A DNA stretch of 64,000 nucleotides, taken from contig OZ244960.1 in the NCBI GenBank assembly GCA_965222605.1, positions 4,768,001-4,832,000 on the forward strand, written 5' to 3'. Made by a program: the position numbers and the translations under genes. Each line of letters starts with the position of its first letter. Within the stretch, counting starts at the first letter, position 1. This document shows, piece after piece, positions 19,750-29,605 of this stretch. The notes beneath the pieces were generated by a model. The model was not told the DNA's origin. It was given only the letters and a program-made list of their open reading frames with translations, and did no database searches. Origin of the DNA: Candidatus Latescibacterota bacterium (lineage in GTDB: Bacteria; Latescibacterota; UBA2968).

Positions 19750-21495
19750 TTATTTTTTTCCCACTGGACCTTTGGGCGCGTCCTGGCTGTACAATGCACC
19801 GCCTCGTTCGTAAGACGCGACGACTGAACCGTCGGCAATTTCTAACCTGGGCACATTCTTTTCGAATACATCGCGGTCAGGACCGCGCATGACTGCCATC
19901 TGTTCATCGGTCATGCCCGAGACGATATCACCCCACCGTTTTTCTGGATGGGTCAATTCTCCTCCGCTGCGATTGAAGTTGCGCGATGAGTATTTGTGCA
20001 AGATCCCCCGCCGCGAGATATCGCTTTTCCACGCCAATGTGCCGTGTGTGGTACCACCATCCATGAAGAAGAGCACATCGCCCGCTTTCATCTCTACGTG
20101 TTTTACCAATCCCATGTGGTCATCGCAGGAACTTACCCCACGCGGCATGCGATAATACGCCTTGTGCGATCCAGGCACACACGCAAATCCACCGTCGGCT
20201 TCGACTACATCGCGCAATTGCCAGGTTACGGTTACGGCTTCGCAAAAGCTTCGCCCATTTTGATAGATATATCCTCGGCCTGGATTGAGCGGCTCATTGG
20301 AGTCGTGCAGGGAGTGGCCCGATGTGCCTTTGACCGCGCAAAATGCGGTTCCCCCGCCCGTGCGACCACCACTGGCACCCATCCAGTTCAGCCGGTGTTC
20401 AACAGCCGGGTGGGCGAGCATTCGCCGAAATGGATCGCAATAGGGGCTGGGCAACTGCGTTAGTCCACCCAATAAGGGTCTGCCCGTGCCCGCGAGGCTT
20501 TTTGACCCGCGTGCGAGTTCTTCGCCAACGACGATTTGATCCTCAAACTTGTCAATGGTGGCATTGGCCTGTGCCAGCCATTCTTCATCCATGACTCCGC
20601 GCAGCACCAGATATCCGTTCAAGTCCCAAAAGTAAAAATCTTTTTCGTCAATGCCCGAGTTTGGATTTTTCATCAGGAAAGATGGGTAAAAAATTTCCCG
20701 CGATTCGTCCAATGCGATTGTCTCGCCATCTGTTTTCACCGTCGGTGGCGGCGTTGTATCCCAATATCCTGGGCGATACAGCGATGCGCGCTGTTCAGGA
20801 GTCAACTCTTCCATCCGGTCGGATACTGGCATCTTTTCTGATTCGGGGCCAGGTCCTGACGAACGTATCACACCGCGCCCCACGTATTCGTAGGACAGCA
20901 GCCGCTGCGGTCCTTCACCCTGCCACGGACGCATGCCCTGTACGACGCTCAAGCCGACGATGAGCATATCGCCCGCTTTTAGTTCGGGTTGAAAAAGATA
21001 ATCCGAGTCATCTTTACCGGTCAATATATCTTCTGGTGTTTCCACATTTGATTTGTGGGTACACGGTACAAACGCAAACCCGCCATCGTCGGCTTTTACG
21101 TCTGAGAGTGCCCAGATTACGCGCACGCCTTCGCAAAATCTTCGACCATTCTGGTAATAATATGCCAGTGCGGGATCTCTCGGCTCATTGCCGCCCACCA
21201 GCGGAGCGGAAGTGTCACAGGTTTCGTCACACAAAATTTCGGGTGCGCGGTCGAGCCTGAAACCGTGTCCCACAATTTGATTCAAATACCACACGAGTTG
21301 GGGATGGATCAGCAAATCGCGGAATGGTTCGCGCAAATCGCCTTCCCAGCCGAGCATGCCCTCGAGCGATCCGGCCCGATCAATCGCATCATTTATCCGC
21401 GCGACTTCGGGACGGGTCAAAGCTCCCGGTATATGCAAATAACCCGTTAAATCAAAGGCGTAATTCTCTTCGTTTGTCATCGTTTCCCGGTCCAT
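19750..21495 (-). CDS. Two-domain PhyH-family Fe(II)/2-oxoglutarate dioxygenase, copy A
   Basis: Two repeats of (F/W)DLxGY...HP...GGFxxVPxxHK...KAGD. AAGGAGG RBS before MDRETMT. Confidence 0.88.
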   Translation of the reverse strand: MDRETMTNEENYAFDLTGYLHIPGALTRPEVARINDAIDRAGSLEGMLGWEGDLREPFRDLLIHPQLVWYLNQIVGHGFRLDRAPEILCDETCDTSAPLVGGNEPRDPALAYYYQNGRRFCEGVRVIWALSDVKADDGGFAFVPCTHKSNVETPEDILTGKDDSDYLFQPELKAGDMLIVGLSVVQGMRPWQGEGPQRLLSYEYVGRGVIRSSGPGPESEKMPVSDRMEELTPEQRASLYRPGYWDTTPPPTVKTDGETIALDESREIFYPSFLMKNPNSGIDEKDFYFWDLNGYLVLRGVMDEEWLAQANATIDKFEDQIVVGEELARGSKSLAGTGRPLLGGLTQLPSPYCDPFRRMLAHPAVEHRLNWMGASGGRTGGGTAFCAVKGTSGHSLHDSNEPLNPGRGYIYQNGRSFCEAVTVTWQLRDVVEADGGFACVPGSHKAYYRMPRGVSSCDDHMGLVKHVEMKAGDVLFFMDGGTTHGTLAWKSDISRRGILHKYSSRNFNRSGGELTHPEKRWGDIVSGMTDEQMAVMRGPDRDVFEKNVPRLEIADGSVVASYERGGALYSQDAPKGPVGKK

Positions 21496-21642
21496 TTCAG
21501 CCTCCTTGACTTTGATGTACCTGTTTGCCTGCTGGTACGCAGGCATGAATGTGGCGGTTTCTTCATGAAAGGCTCAAACCGATATAAAAAACAAGTACAA
21601 AATGCAGCCCCTATTGACCGATTGCTTGACGTATGCCAATAT

Positions 21643-21672
21643 AAAAAAACTGCCCATATAAATGGGCAGTTG
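21643..21672 (-). terminator. Rho-independent terminator between the PhyH copies
   Basis: Minus strand aactgcccat-ttat-atgggcag-ttttttt. Confidence 0.7.
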
Positions 21673-21694
21673 GTGATTGATTCTAAAAAACGGT

Positions 21695-21796
21695 TTAGTT
21701 TTTCTTTTCGGGAATGCTCCCTTCCTTAATCATTCGATTTTCTGGAGGGGCTGGTGGCTTTGGCTGGTCGGATGATGGGGGATTTGTCGTCTGCAT
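21695..21796 (-). CDS. Candidate 33-aa Pro-rich micro-protein
   Basis: MQTTNPPSSDQPKPPAPPENRMIKEGSIPEKKN. ATG overlaps the PhyH-B stop (TAATG) and a terminator follows. Confidence 0.45.
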   Translation of the reverse strand: MQTTNPPSSDQPKPPAPPENRMIKEGSIPEKKN

Positions 21797-23541
21797 TATT
21801 TTTTTCCCACTGGACCTTTGGGTGCGTCCTGGCTGTACAATGCACTGCCTCGCTCGTAAGACGCGACGACTGAACCGTCGGCAATTTCCAATCTGGGCAC
21901 GTTCTTTTTGAACACATCGCGGTCGGGACCGCGCATGACTGCCATCTGTTCGTCGGTCATGCCCGAGACGAGATCGCCCCACCGTTTTTCCGGATAGGCC
22001 AATTCTCCGCCGCTGCGATTAAAATTGCGCGATGAATATTTGTGCAAAATCCCCCGCCGCGAGATGTCGCTTTTCCACGCGAATGTACCATGTGAGGTGC
22101 TGCCATCCATGAAGAAGAGCACATCGCCCGCTTTCACCTCTATGTGTTTTACCAATCCCATGTGGTCATCGCAGGAGCGCACACCCGGGGGGGGAGGATA
22201 ATACGCTTTGTGCGATCCCGGCACGCATGCAAATCCACCGTCGGCTTCTGTTACATCGCGCAACTGCCAGGTTACGGTTACGGCTTCGCAATAACTGCGT
22301 CCATTTTGATAAATATATCCCCGGGTTGGATTGAGTGGCTCATTGGAGCCGTGCTGGGAATGTCCCGATGTGCCTTTGACCGCGCAAAATGCCGTTCCCC
22401 CGCCCGTGCGACCACCGCTGGCGCCCATCCAGTTCAGCCGATGTTCAACGACCGGGTGGGCGAGCATTCGTCGGAAAGGATCGCAATAGGGGCTGGGCAA
22501 TTGAGTCAGTCCACCCAACAGGGGCCTGCCCGTGCCCGCGAGAGTTTTCGACCCTTGTGCGAGTTCGTCGCCAACGACGATTTGGTCCTCAAATTTGTCA
22601 ATAGCGGCATTGGCCTGTGCCAGCCATTCTTCATCCATGACTCCGCGTAGCACCAGATACCCGTTTAAGTCCCAAAAGTAAAATTCCTTTTCGTCAATGC
22701 CCGAGTTTGGATTTTTCATCAGGAAAGATGGGTGAAAAATTTCCCGCGATTCGTCCAATGCGATTGTCTCGCCATCTGTTTTCACCGTCGGTGGCGGCGT
22801 TGTATCCCAATATCCTGGGCGATACAGCGATGCGCGCTGTTCAGGAGTCAACTCTTCCATCCGGTCGGATACTGGCATCTTTTCCGATTCAGGGGCAGGT
22901 CCTGCAGAACGGATCACACCGCGTCCCACGTATTCGTAGGATAGCAAGCGCTGCGATCCCTCGCCCTGCCACGGACGCATGCCCTGTACGACGCTCAGGC
23001 CGACGATGAGCAGATCGCCCGCTTTTAGTTCAGGTTGAAAAAGATAATCCGAGTCATCTTCGCCGGTCAATATATCTTCTGGTGTTTCCACATTTGATTT
23101 GTGGGTACACGGTACGAATACAAATCCGCCTTCTCCGGCTTTGACATCAGAGAGTGCCCAGATTACGCGTACGCCTTCACAAAATCTTCGATTGTTCTGA
23201 TGATAATATGCCAGCGCGGGATCTCTCGGCTCATTGCCGCCCACCAGCGGAGCGGAAGTGTCACAGGTTTCGTCGCACAGTATTTCAGGTGCGCGATCGA
23301 GCCTGAAACCGTATCCTACAATTTGATTCAGATACCACACGAGTTGGGGATGGATCAACAAATCGCGGAACGGTTCGCGCAAATCGCCTTCCCAGCCGAG
23401 CATGCCCTCGAGCGATCCGACCCGATCAATCGCATCATTTATCCGCGCGACTTCCGGGCGAGTCAGGACCCCCGGCACATGCACATAACCCGTTAAATCA
23501 AAGGCGTAATTCTCTTCGTTTGTCATCGTTTCCCGGTCCAT
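21796..23541 (-). CDS. Two-domain PhyH-family dioxygenase, copy B (tandem paralogue)
   Basis: Colinear with copy A at an offset of 2046 bp; AAGGAG RBS. Confidence 0.88.
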   Translation of the reverse strand: MDRETMTNEENYAFDLTGYVHVPGVLTRPEVARINDAIDRVGSLEGMLGWEGDLREPFRDLLIHPQLVWYLNQIVGYGFRLDRAPEILCDETCDTSAPLVGGNEPRDPALAYYHQNNRRFCEGVRVIWALSDVKAGEGGFVFVPCTHKSNVETPEDILTGEDDSDYLFQPELKAGDLLIVGLSVVQGMRPWQGEGSQRLLSYEYVGRGVIRSAGPAPESEKMPVSDRMEELTPEQRASLYRPGYWDTTPPPTVKTDGETIALDESREIFHPSFLMKNPNSGIDEKEFYFWDLNGYLVLRGVMDEEWLAQANAAIDKFEDQIVVGDELAQGSKTLAGTGRPLLGGLTQLPSPYCDPFRRMLAHPVVEHRLNWMGASGGRTGGGTAFCAVKGTSGHSQHGSNEPLNPTRGYIYQNGRSYCEAVTVTWQLRDVTEADGGFACVPGSHKAYYPPPPGVRSCDDHMGLVKHIEVKAGDVLFFMDGSTSHGTFAWKSDISRRGILHKYSSRNFNRSGGELAYPEKRWGDLVSGMTDEQMAVMRGPDRDVFKKNVPRLEIADGSVVASYERGSALYSQDAPKGPVGKK

Positions 23542-23781
23542 GTCAGTCTCCTTGACTTTGATGTGCCTGTTTGCCTGCGGGTACGCAGGCATGAATGTGG
23601 CGGTTTCTTCATGAAAGGCTCAAACCGATATAAAAAACAAGTATAAAATGCAGCCCCTCTCGACCGATTGCTTGAAGCATTAAAAAAACTGCCCATATAA
23701 ATGCGGCACGCAAAAAGCGACAATATACTCGTTGGCACGCCGATCAGTTGAATCCAAACATAATCCCAAAAGTATTAACAC

Positions 23782-23810
23782 TTGACCCTAATATCACCTC
23801 TCGTTATCAT
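23782..23810 (+). promoter_or_regulatory. Sigma70 promoter of higBA, probably leaderless
   Basis: TTGACC, 17 bp, TATCAT; the ATG begins 7 bp after the -10 box. Confidence 0.6.
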
Positions 23811-23816
23811 TGTAAT

Positions 23817-24098
23817 ATGATCAGAAGCTTTGCCAATGATGAGACCGCAAAAATCTTCCGGGGTGAAGTCTCAAAGAAACTACCACCCGATATCCAGAGA
23901 ACGGCGCGGCGCAAGTTGATTTACCTCAACGAAGCCGACAATTTGAGAGATCTCATCTTACCTAAGGTCAATCGTCTTGAACCTCTTAAGGGGAACCGCT
24001 CTGGACAATACAGTATTCGGATCAACGATCAATGGCGCATTTGCTTCCGATGGGAGCAGCCTGATGCATACCGTGTAGAAATCACCGACTATCACTGA
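23817..24098 (+). CDS. higB: HigB toxin (RelE/ParE superfamily)
   Basis: MIRSF...NRLEPLKGNRSGQYSIRINDQWRICFRW...EITDYH. Confidence 0.93.
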   Translation: MIRSFANDETAKIFRGEVSKKLPPDIQRTARRKLIYLNEADNLRDLILPKVNRLEPLKGNRSGQYSIRINDQWRICFRWEQPDAYRVEITDYH

Positions 24099-24109
24099 CG
24101 GAGACAAAA

Positions 24110-24418
24110 ATGGAAAAACTCCCACCTGTCCATCCAGGCGAGGTGCTTCTCGAAGACTTTATGAAGCCCCTTGGATTGAGCCAATATCGCGTTGCAAAGG
24201 ATATCGATGTGCCTCCGTTGCGAATCAGTCAAATCGTGCGAGGGATGCGTTCAGTAACAGCAGACACAGCCCTCAGACTTGCGCGTTACTTTGGGACCAC
24301 GCCAGGTATCTGGATGCGATTGCAGGCCCAATACGACCTGGAAATTTCCCAGGCAAAACATGGAAAAACAATTGATCAAGTGGTCAAAGTGCTGTCAGAA
24401 ACCGTTCCTACCAAATGA
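24110..24418 (+). CDS. higA: HigA antitoxin (XRE HTH)
   Basis: PVHPGEVLLEDFMKPLGLSQ...TADTALRLARYFGTT..WMRLQ..YDL. Confidence 0.95.
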   Translation: MEKLPPVHPGEVLLEDFMKPLGLSQYRVAKDIDVPPLRISQIVRGMRSVTADTALRLARYFGTTPGIWMRLQAQYDLEISQAKHGKTIDQVVKVLSETVPTK

Positions 24419-25238
24419 TGGATAAGCCGTTTTTAGTCTATCGATCAGCATATGCGCGATAATACGCTCGTGGTTTTTATGAGCGACCACGGCGAATTGC
24501 TCGGCGATCATGGCCTCACCGAACCTTATGTACGAAGCCTCAGTCAGAGTTCCCTGCCTGTTCTCATGGCCGCTCTCCCTCCCGGCGGGGCTGCGCGTGA
24601 CGACCCCGCTTGCCGGTGTTGATTTAATGCCGACCTTGCTCGATCTGGCAAACGAGACGCCACCCGAGAAAATTGATGGTCGTTCCGTTGCAAACGCGAT
24701 TCTGAATGGTCGGCAACCCGAACCCCAGCCCATTTTTGCCGAGATCGCCAGTCAGGAAGTCATTTATTGGGGGTCGAAAGAACGCGAGCAGTTTGCCGCG
24801 CATGTGATGAACCTCGATGGTCGCTGGAAATATATTCGCAATCGCTTTGATATCGACGAATTGTACGATTTGGAGACAGATTCGGACGAAATGCAAAATC
24901 TCGCGCTTCTTCCCGAATACCAACCGCGTATTACAGCTATGCGCCAGCAAATCGCCGAGATGATTTGCCATACAGGTCCTGGTCCTTACGACATTTTTTA
25001 CGGTGGTTCCGATGGCGAGACCTGGCGGATTGGACATGTCCGGACGCGCGATTTCCGCACTTTTGAACCCAATCCGCACAATCCAATTTTTTCTCCCTCG
25101 CCAGATCCCGACGCATGGGACTGCGATGGGTTGCTAACGCCTCAGGTGATTGAAATTGAAAACCGTTACTACATGGTCTATGCGGGTATGAGGGGGAGTG
25201 AGTGGCAGACGGGAATTGCGGTAATTCGATCTCCATGA
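24419..25238 (+). pseudogene. Truncated, frameshifted sulfatase remnant fused to the C-terminus of a five-bladed beta-propeller glycoside hydrolase-like gene
   Basis: DNTLVVFMSDHGELLGDHG in one frame continues as YEASVRVP...ELYDLETD in another. Near 24990 it switches to IFYGG..WRIG...NPIFSP...YYMVYAG..WQTGIA. No CxPxR N-terminus. Confidence 0.75.
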
Positions 25239-25239
25239 C

Positions 25240-26340
25240 TCAATCTTTCAGAACGCGATTGAGCGTGTACTGGTTTGTGTAATGACGCATATTTCCCGTG
25301 GCGTTGTTCTGTTTGATGGCGTCGGTCGGGTTTGTGTGGAGAAACCAGTTGTTGTAGATTTCAGCACTTTCCTGGGGAATACCGCGAATGACTACGGCGG
25401 GTACACTTATGGCGTGAAAAGTGTTGTGGTGGATTAACATAAGATCGCCGGCGATGTGCGTATCGTCACCGCGATCCCGCCCGCCGTGCATGTCAAAGCT
25501 GTGGCTGTTGGCGTTTTCCAGGATCAGGTTGTAACGGGCCTCATAGCTGGTGCCGGGCCTGCCGGTGCCTGCAATATGGTGGCGGCACCAGTCGAACAAA
25601 TTGGCCTCGATAAGGGCGTTGGATTGGTCCAGCACCACGCCATAGCCCAGGCCATAGCGCTGGTTGTGGTGAAAATAGTTGTGATGGATGTGGTTGTCCG
25701 TCGAGTTGGCACGCAGGAAGATCGCGGCGTGGCTCCAGCCCCAGAGTTCGCAGTTATCGACTTCGAGATTGGGATATTCGGTCTGGATGGCGCGGGAGTT
25801 GGGGATGCTGTAGTAGCGCCCTTCTGCATGGAGTTGTCTCATCTGCTCGGTGCGCCTGAGGGTGTCCGGTCCCTGAAAGCGAAGGCCGGTGATGCGGATG
25901 TTGGGACCAGTGGCGACAAAGAGTGGTATGGTTTCGAGTTGTTTGGAGTAGAGCAGGGCGCCTTGAGAGCCGGGTTTGCCCCGGCCGCTGGCGAGCGTGA
26001 CGCCCCTGCGAATGGCGATGTTCTGGTGTCCGGTCAGGTCGATTCTGGCGGTATCTACTATATAAACTACCTGGGCGGCACCAACGAACTCGAGGGCGTC
26101 GAGCAGTTCCATGCGGTTTGTGACCAGGTATTCGGATGGGTCAATCAGGCGGTTATAGCCCTCGCCGCCGCCGATGGGATTGCCGGTGGGGTTGATATCG
26201 GCACCAAATTTGTCATCTGAAAGCAGGGGGTTGTCCTGCTGTCCGTTGCCATCTGATGTATCGGGAGTGAGTGGTTTTTCTTTCCCAGAACAGGCGAGCA
26301 GAAGGAGCAGGGTGGTGAGATATCGGAGCGTTCCTGACAT
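25240..26340 (-). CDS. Lipoprotein with a right-handed beta-helix (pectin lyase-like) domain
   Basis: Lipobox LLAC; repeated beta-helix strands (HIHHNYFHHN, IEANLFD, IHHNTF); FDMHG. Confidence 0.8.
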   Translation of the reverse strand: MSGTLRYLTTLLLLLACSGKEKPLTPDTSDGNGQQDNPLLSDDKFGADINPTGNPIGGGEGYNRLIDPSEYLVTNRMELLDALEFVGAAQVVYIVDTARIDLTGHQNIAIRRGVTLASGRGKPGSQGALLYSKQLETIPLFVATGPNIRITGLRFQGPDTLRRTEQMRQLHAEGRYYSIPNSRAIQTEYPNLEVDNCELWGWSHAAIFLRANSTDNHIHHNYFHHNQRYGLGYGVVLDQSNALIEANLFDWCRHHIAGTGRPGTSYEARYNLILENANSHSFDMHGGRDRGDDTHIAGDLMLIHHNTFHAISVPAVVIRGIPQESAEIYNNWFLHTNPTDAIKQNNATGNMRHYTNQYTLNRVLKD

Positions 26341-26461
26341 GTCAACCTTCTTCCTTATTTAAGAATGATTCATCAGTGAAAAATTACGGCAATTCAGTTG
26401 ATTGATCAAGTCGAACAGAAGCCCAACCAATACGGGACCACTCACGAGAAAGGAGTTTGCA

Positions 26462-27436
26462 ATGCGCGATATTGTGGTCTTTAGCGGGAACGCACATCGT
26501 CAATTGGCAGAGCATATATGCCAGTATCTAAGCGTGCCCCTTAGCCGCAGCACGATCAACCGCTTCAGCAACGATTGTATTCAAGTGCAGTTGAACGCAA
26601 ATTGTCGGGAGGCCGATGTCTTCCTGATTCAGCCACTTGTACCACCTGTCCATGACCATCTCATGGAACTCCTGCAGATGCTGGACGCGGCACGCGGGGC
26701 ATCGGCTGCCCGTACGACGGCCGTTATTCCATACTACAGTTACGCGCGGTCAGATAAAAAAGATGCACCTCGCATCTCTATTGCAGGGAGACTGGTAGCA
26801 GATTTGATTGATACAGCAGGTGCAAATCGGGTGCTCACGATGGCCCTTCACGCGCCGCAGGTACATGGATTTTTTCGCATTCCCGTTGATCATCTCAATG
26901 CCCTCTATGTGTTGGCGAAATATTTTCAGGGCAGAGACATGGCGGATACAGTCGTTGTTTCGCCCGATCTTGGAGGCGCAAAGGAGGCAACGCATTTTGC
27001 CCGCTTGCTCAAGCTGCCCGTAGCTGCCGGAATCAAACGCCGCATCAGCGATGAAAAAGTCGTGATTGATACAATCGTCGGCGATGTAGATGGGAAGAAG
27101 GTGATTGTTCTGGACGAAGAGATAGCCACGGGGGGGACACTTGTGGAACTTATCGATCGCCTTCGAGAGCGCGGCGTTAATCACATCACGGTATCCTGCA
27201 CACATGGACTTTTTACAGGACAGGCACTGCCGCGTTTGGGTGCGATTGCAGAAGTGAAGGAATTGGTGACAACAGATACGGTTCCACTTTCTTCACAGAG
27301 CCAATGTCATCCCAATCTGACCACCTTATCCGTGGCACCTCTCCTGGGTGAGGCGATCCGCAGAATACACCATGGGGAATCGGTCAGCAGTCTATTCACG
27401 GCTCCAGATTGGGTCGTCAATACGGGGACGGGATAG
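26462..27436 (+). CDS. prs: Ribose-phosphate pyrophosphokinase
   Basis: [21 protein letters not shown] and [10 protein letters not shown]; AAGGAG RBS. Confidence 0.93.
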   Translation: MRDIVVFSGNAHRQLAEHICQYLSVPLSRSTINRFSNDCIQVQLNANCREADVFLIQPLVPPVHDHLMELLQMLDAARGASAARTTAVIPYYSYARSDKKDAPRISIAGRLVADLIDTAGANRVLTMALHAPQVHGFFRIPVDHLNALYVLAKYFQGRDMADTVVVSPDLGGAKEATHFARLLKLPVAAGIKRRISDEKVVIDTIVGDVDGKKVIVLDEEIATGGTLVELIDRLRERGVNHITVSCTHGLFTGQALPRLGAIAEVKELVTTDTVPLSSQSQCHPNLTTLSVAPLLGEAIRRIHHGESVSSLFTAPDWVVNTGTG

Positions 27437-27446
27437 GGGAAAGACA

Positions 27447-28130
27447 ATGAAAAAGAAAGCTGTTATCTTGCTCAGTGGTGGGTTGGATTCTACCACAACT
27501 TTGGCCATAGCCGCAAACAAGGGGTACGCGTGTTACGCGATCACGTTTCGCTACGGGCAGCGGCACGAAACCGAACTCGAATGTGCGAGAAAAATTGCCG
27601 CACATTTTGGTGTGCGGGATCACGTCATTGCCAATATTGATTCGCGTGCCTTTGGTGGCTCGGCATTAACTGACGATATCGATGTGCCCAAAAATCGAGA
27701 CGAGAGCGAAATTTCCGATGGTATCCCGGTCACTTATGTCCCCGCTCGCAACACGATTTTTCTTTCTTTCGCGCTTGCAATGGCGGAATCTCTCGACATC
27801 CGCGATATCTTTATCGGTGTCAACGCCATTGATTACAGCGGTTATCCCGATTGCCGCCCCGAATACATCGCCGCCTTTCAAAACATGGCGAATCTCGCCA
27901 CTAAAGCCGGTGTTGAAGGGGATACGTTCACCATTCATACGCCGCTTATTGACCTGACCAAAGTCGAGATTATCAAACGGGGGTTAGAACTCGGCGTTGA
28001 TTACGCTATGACCTGCACCTGTTACGATCCCGATATAGAAGGCCGCGCGTGCGGGCGGTGCGACGCCTGTCTGTTGCGCTTGCAAGGTTTTGCACAGAAC
28101 GGTATGAAAGACCCGGTGACCTATCGTTAA
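27447..28130 (+). CDS. queC: 7-cyano-7-deazaguanine synthase
   Basis: LSGGLDS, YGQRH, TYVPARN, YPDCRPE and CY...CGRCDAC. Confidence 0.96.
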   Translation: MKKKAVILLSGGLDSTTTLAIAANKGYACYAITFRYGQRHETELECARKIAAHFGVRDHVIANIDSRAFGGSALTDDIDVPKNRDESEISDGIPVTYVPARNTIFLSFALAMAESLDIRDIFIGVNAIDYSGYPDCRPEYIAAFQNMANLATKAGVEGDTFTIHTPLIDLTKVEIIKRGLELGVDYAMTCTCYDPDIEGRACGRCDACLLRLQGFAQNGMKDPVTYR

Positions 28131-28258
28131 GAGGCGGCTCCATTTTGCCACAATGCGCAACAAAGCGAGAACGCCAAAGTAGGCTTGCAAAATTCAGACG
28201 GATTTACGATCTTAAAAGCAGTTATTGGCCCCATTCACCTTCGAAGAATTGATTGCTT

Positions 28259-29596
28259 ATGCCTGTTCTTTCTCTTGACCAACTCATTGCCGACTACTGC
28301 GATCAAAACGCATATTCGCAACGCCTTTTCAAACGCGCACAAGAAGTTTTGCCCGGTGGCAATACGCGCACTGGCGTTTTTGTCAATCCCTTTCCAGTTT
28401 ATGCCGACCGGGGCGAGGGTGTTTATATCGACGATGTCGATGGCAACCGCCGCCTCGACTTTGTCAACAATGCCACCGCCCTCATCCTGGGTCACACCCA
28501 TCCCGCCGTGAGCGACGCCCTGCGCGAACGCATCGGTAGTGGCACGGCCTTTTTTGGGCCTACCCAACTCGAAATCGAATGGGCAGAACTCCTGCACGAG
28601 CGCGTCCCTTCCCTCGAACATCTGCGCTTTTGCAGTTCGGGCACCGAGTCTGTGGGCAATGCCCTGCGCGTTGCCCGCGCTTTTACGGGACGTGAAAAAA
28701 TTGCCAAATTTGAAGGTGCTTACCACGGTATTGACGATCCGGCTCTCATAAGCTATGTACCACCCGTCACTCCCGATCTCGGTCCCGAAGATGCACCCAA
28801 TTCGGTGGTTTCTTCTGCTGGTCTTGCCCCCGCGACTGCTGAAAATGTCATCGTCTTGCCCTTTAACAACGCGCCCGCTTGTGAATACCTCATTCGCCAA
28901 CACGCCGAAGAACTCGCCTGTGTCATTATTGACCCGCTTTCTACGGCTGCTGGTATGACCCTGCCCGATCCCGAATTTCTCACGCTCTTGCGCGATGTGA
29001 CGCGAGAACTCGATATTCTCCTCATCTTCGACGAAATTGTCAGTTTTCGCATGACATCGGGTGGCACACAGGCGGCGTACAATATTACACCCGATTTGAC
29101 TTGTCTGGCGAAGGTCATTGCTGGTGGCACCCCGGCAGGTGCTTTTGGCGGTCGCAAAGACGCGATGGCTCTTTACGATCCCACTTCTGGTTCGCCTGCT
29201 ATTCCGCAATCTGGCACTTATAATGGAAATCCGCTCGTCGCCGTCGCTGGTCTTATGACTCTTAAAACCATGACCCCCGATGCATATCGCCATATCGATT
29301 CCCTCACAGAGTACATCGCCAATGGTCTCAAAGAGGCTTTCAGGAGTGCTGATATCCCGGCGACTATTGTTACTGCCGGTTCGCTTTTTCGCATCTACTT
29401 TCTCGACTATGCACCTGCCAACTATCGCCAGGCCGCACGAGATAGCAGCGAAAAACACCGCTGGCTCTATTTCTATCTTCTGAACCACGGTATCGCCATC
29501 CGTCAAGGCGGCTGCGTTTCTCTGCCCATGACGACCAAACACGCCGATGAGTTGATCAACTGCGTGCGTGGAGGATTGCGCGTTTGGCCCTATTAA
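28259..29596 (+). CDS. Class III PLP aminotransferase (GSA aminomutase-like)
   Basis: PGGNTR, SGTE, FEGAYHG, IFDEIVSFR, LAKVIAGG and GTYNGNP. Confidence 0.88.
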   Translation: MPVLSLDQLIADYCDQNAYSQRLFKRAQEVLPGGNTRTGVFVNPFPVYADRGEGVYIDDVDGNRRLDFVNNATALILGHTHPAVSDALRERIGSGTAFFGPTQLEIEWAELLHERVPSLEHLRFCSSGTESVGNALRVARAFTGREKIAKFEGAYHGIDDPALISYVPPVTPDLGPEDAPNSVVSSAGLAPATAENVIVLPFNNAPACEYLIRQHAEELACVIIDPLSTAAGMTLPDPEFLTLLRDVTRELDILLIFDEIVSFRMTSGGTQAAYNITPDLTCLAKVIAGGTPAGAFGGRKDAMALYDPTSGSPAIPQSGTYNGNPLVAVAGLMTLKTMTPDAYRHIDSLTEYIANGLKEAFRSADIPATIVTAGSLFRIYFLDYAPANYRQAARDSSEKHRWLYFYLLNHGIAIRQGGCVSLPMTTKHADELINCVRGGLRVWPY

Positions 29597-29605
29597 TCGA
29601 AAAAT

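Noticed and set aside
28235-29542. 435-aa minus-strand ORF
   Set aside because: It is the antisense shadow of the class III aminotransferase and has no recognisable motifs.
28259-29596. Calling the aminotransferase hemL
   Set aside because: It has PGGNTR rather than the HemL PGGVNSP signature, so only the family is supported.
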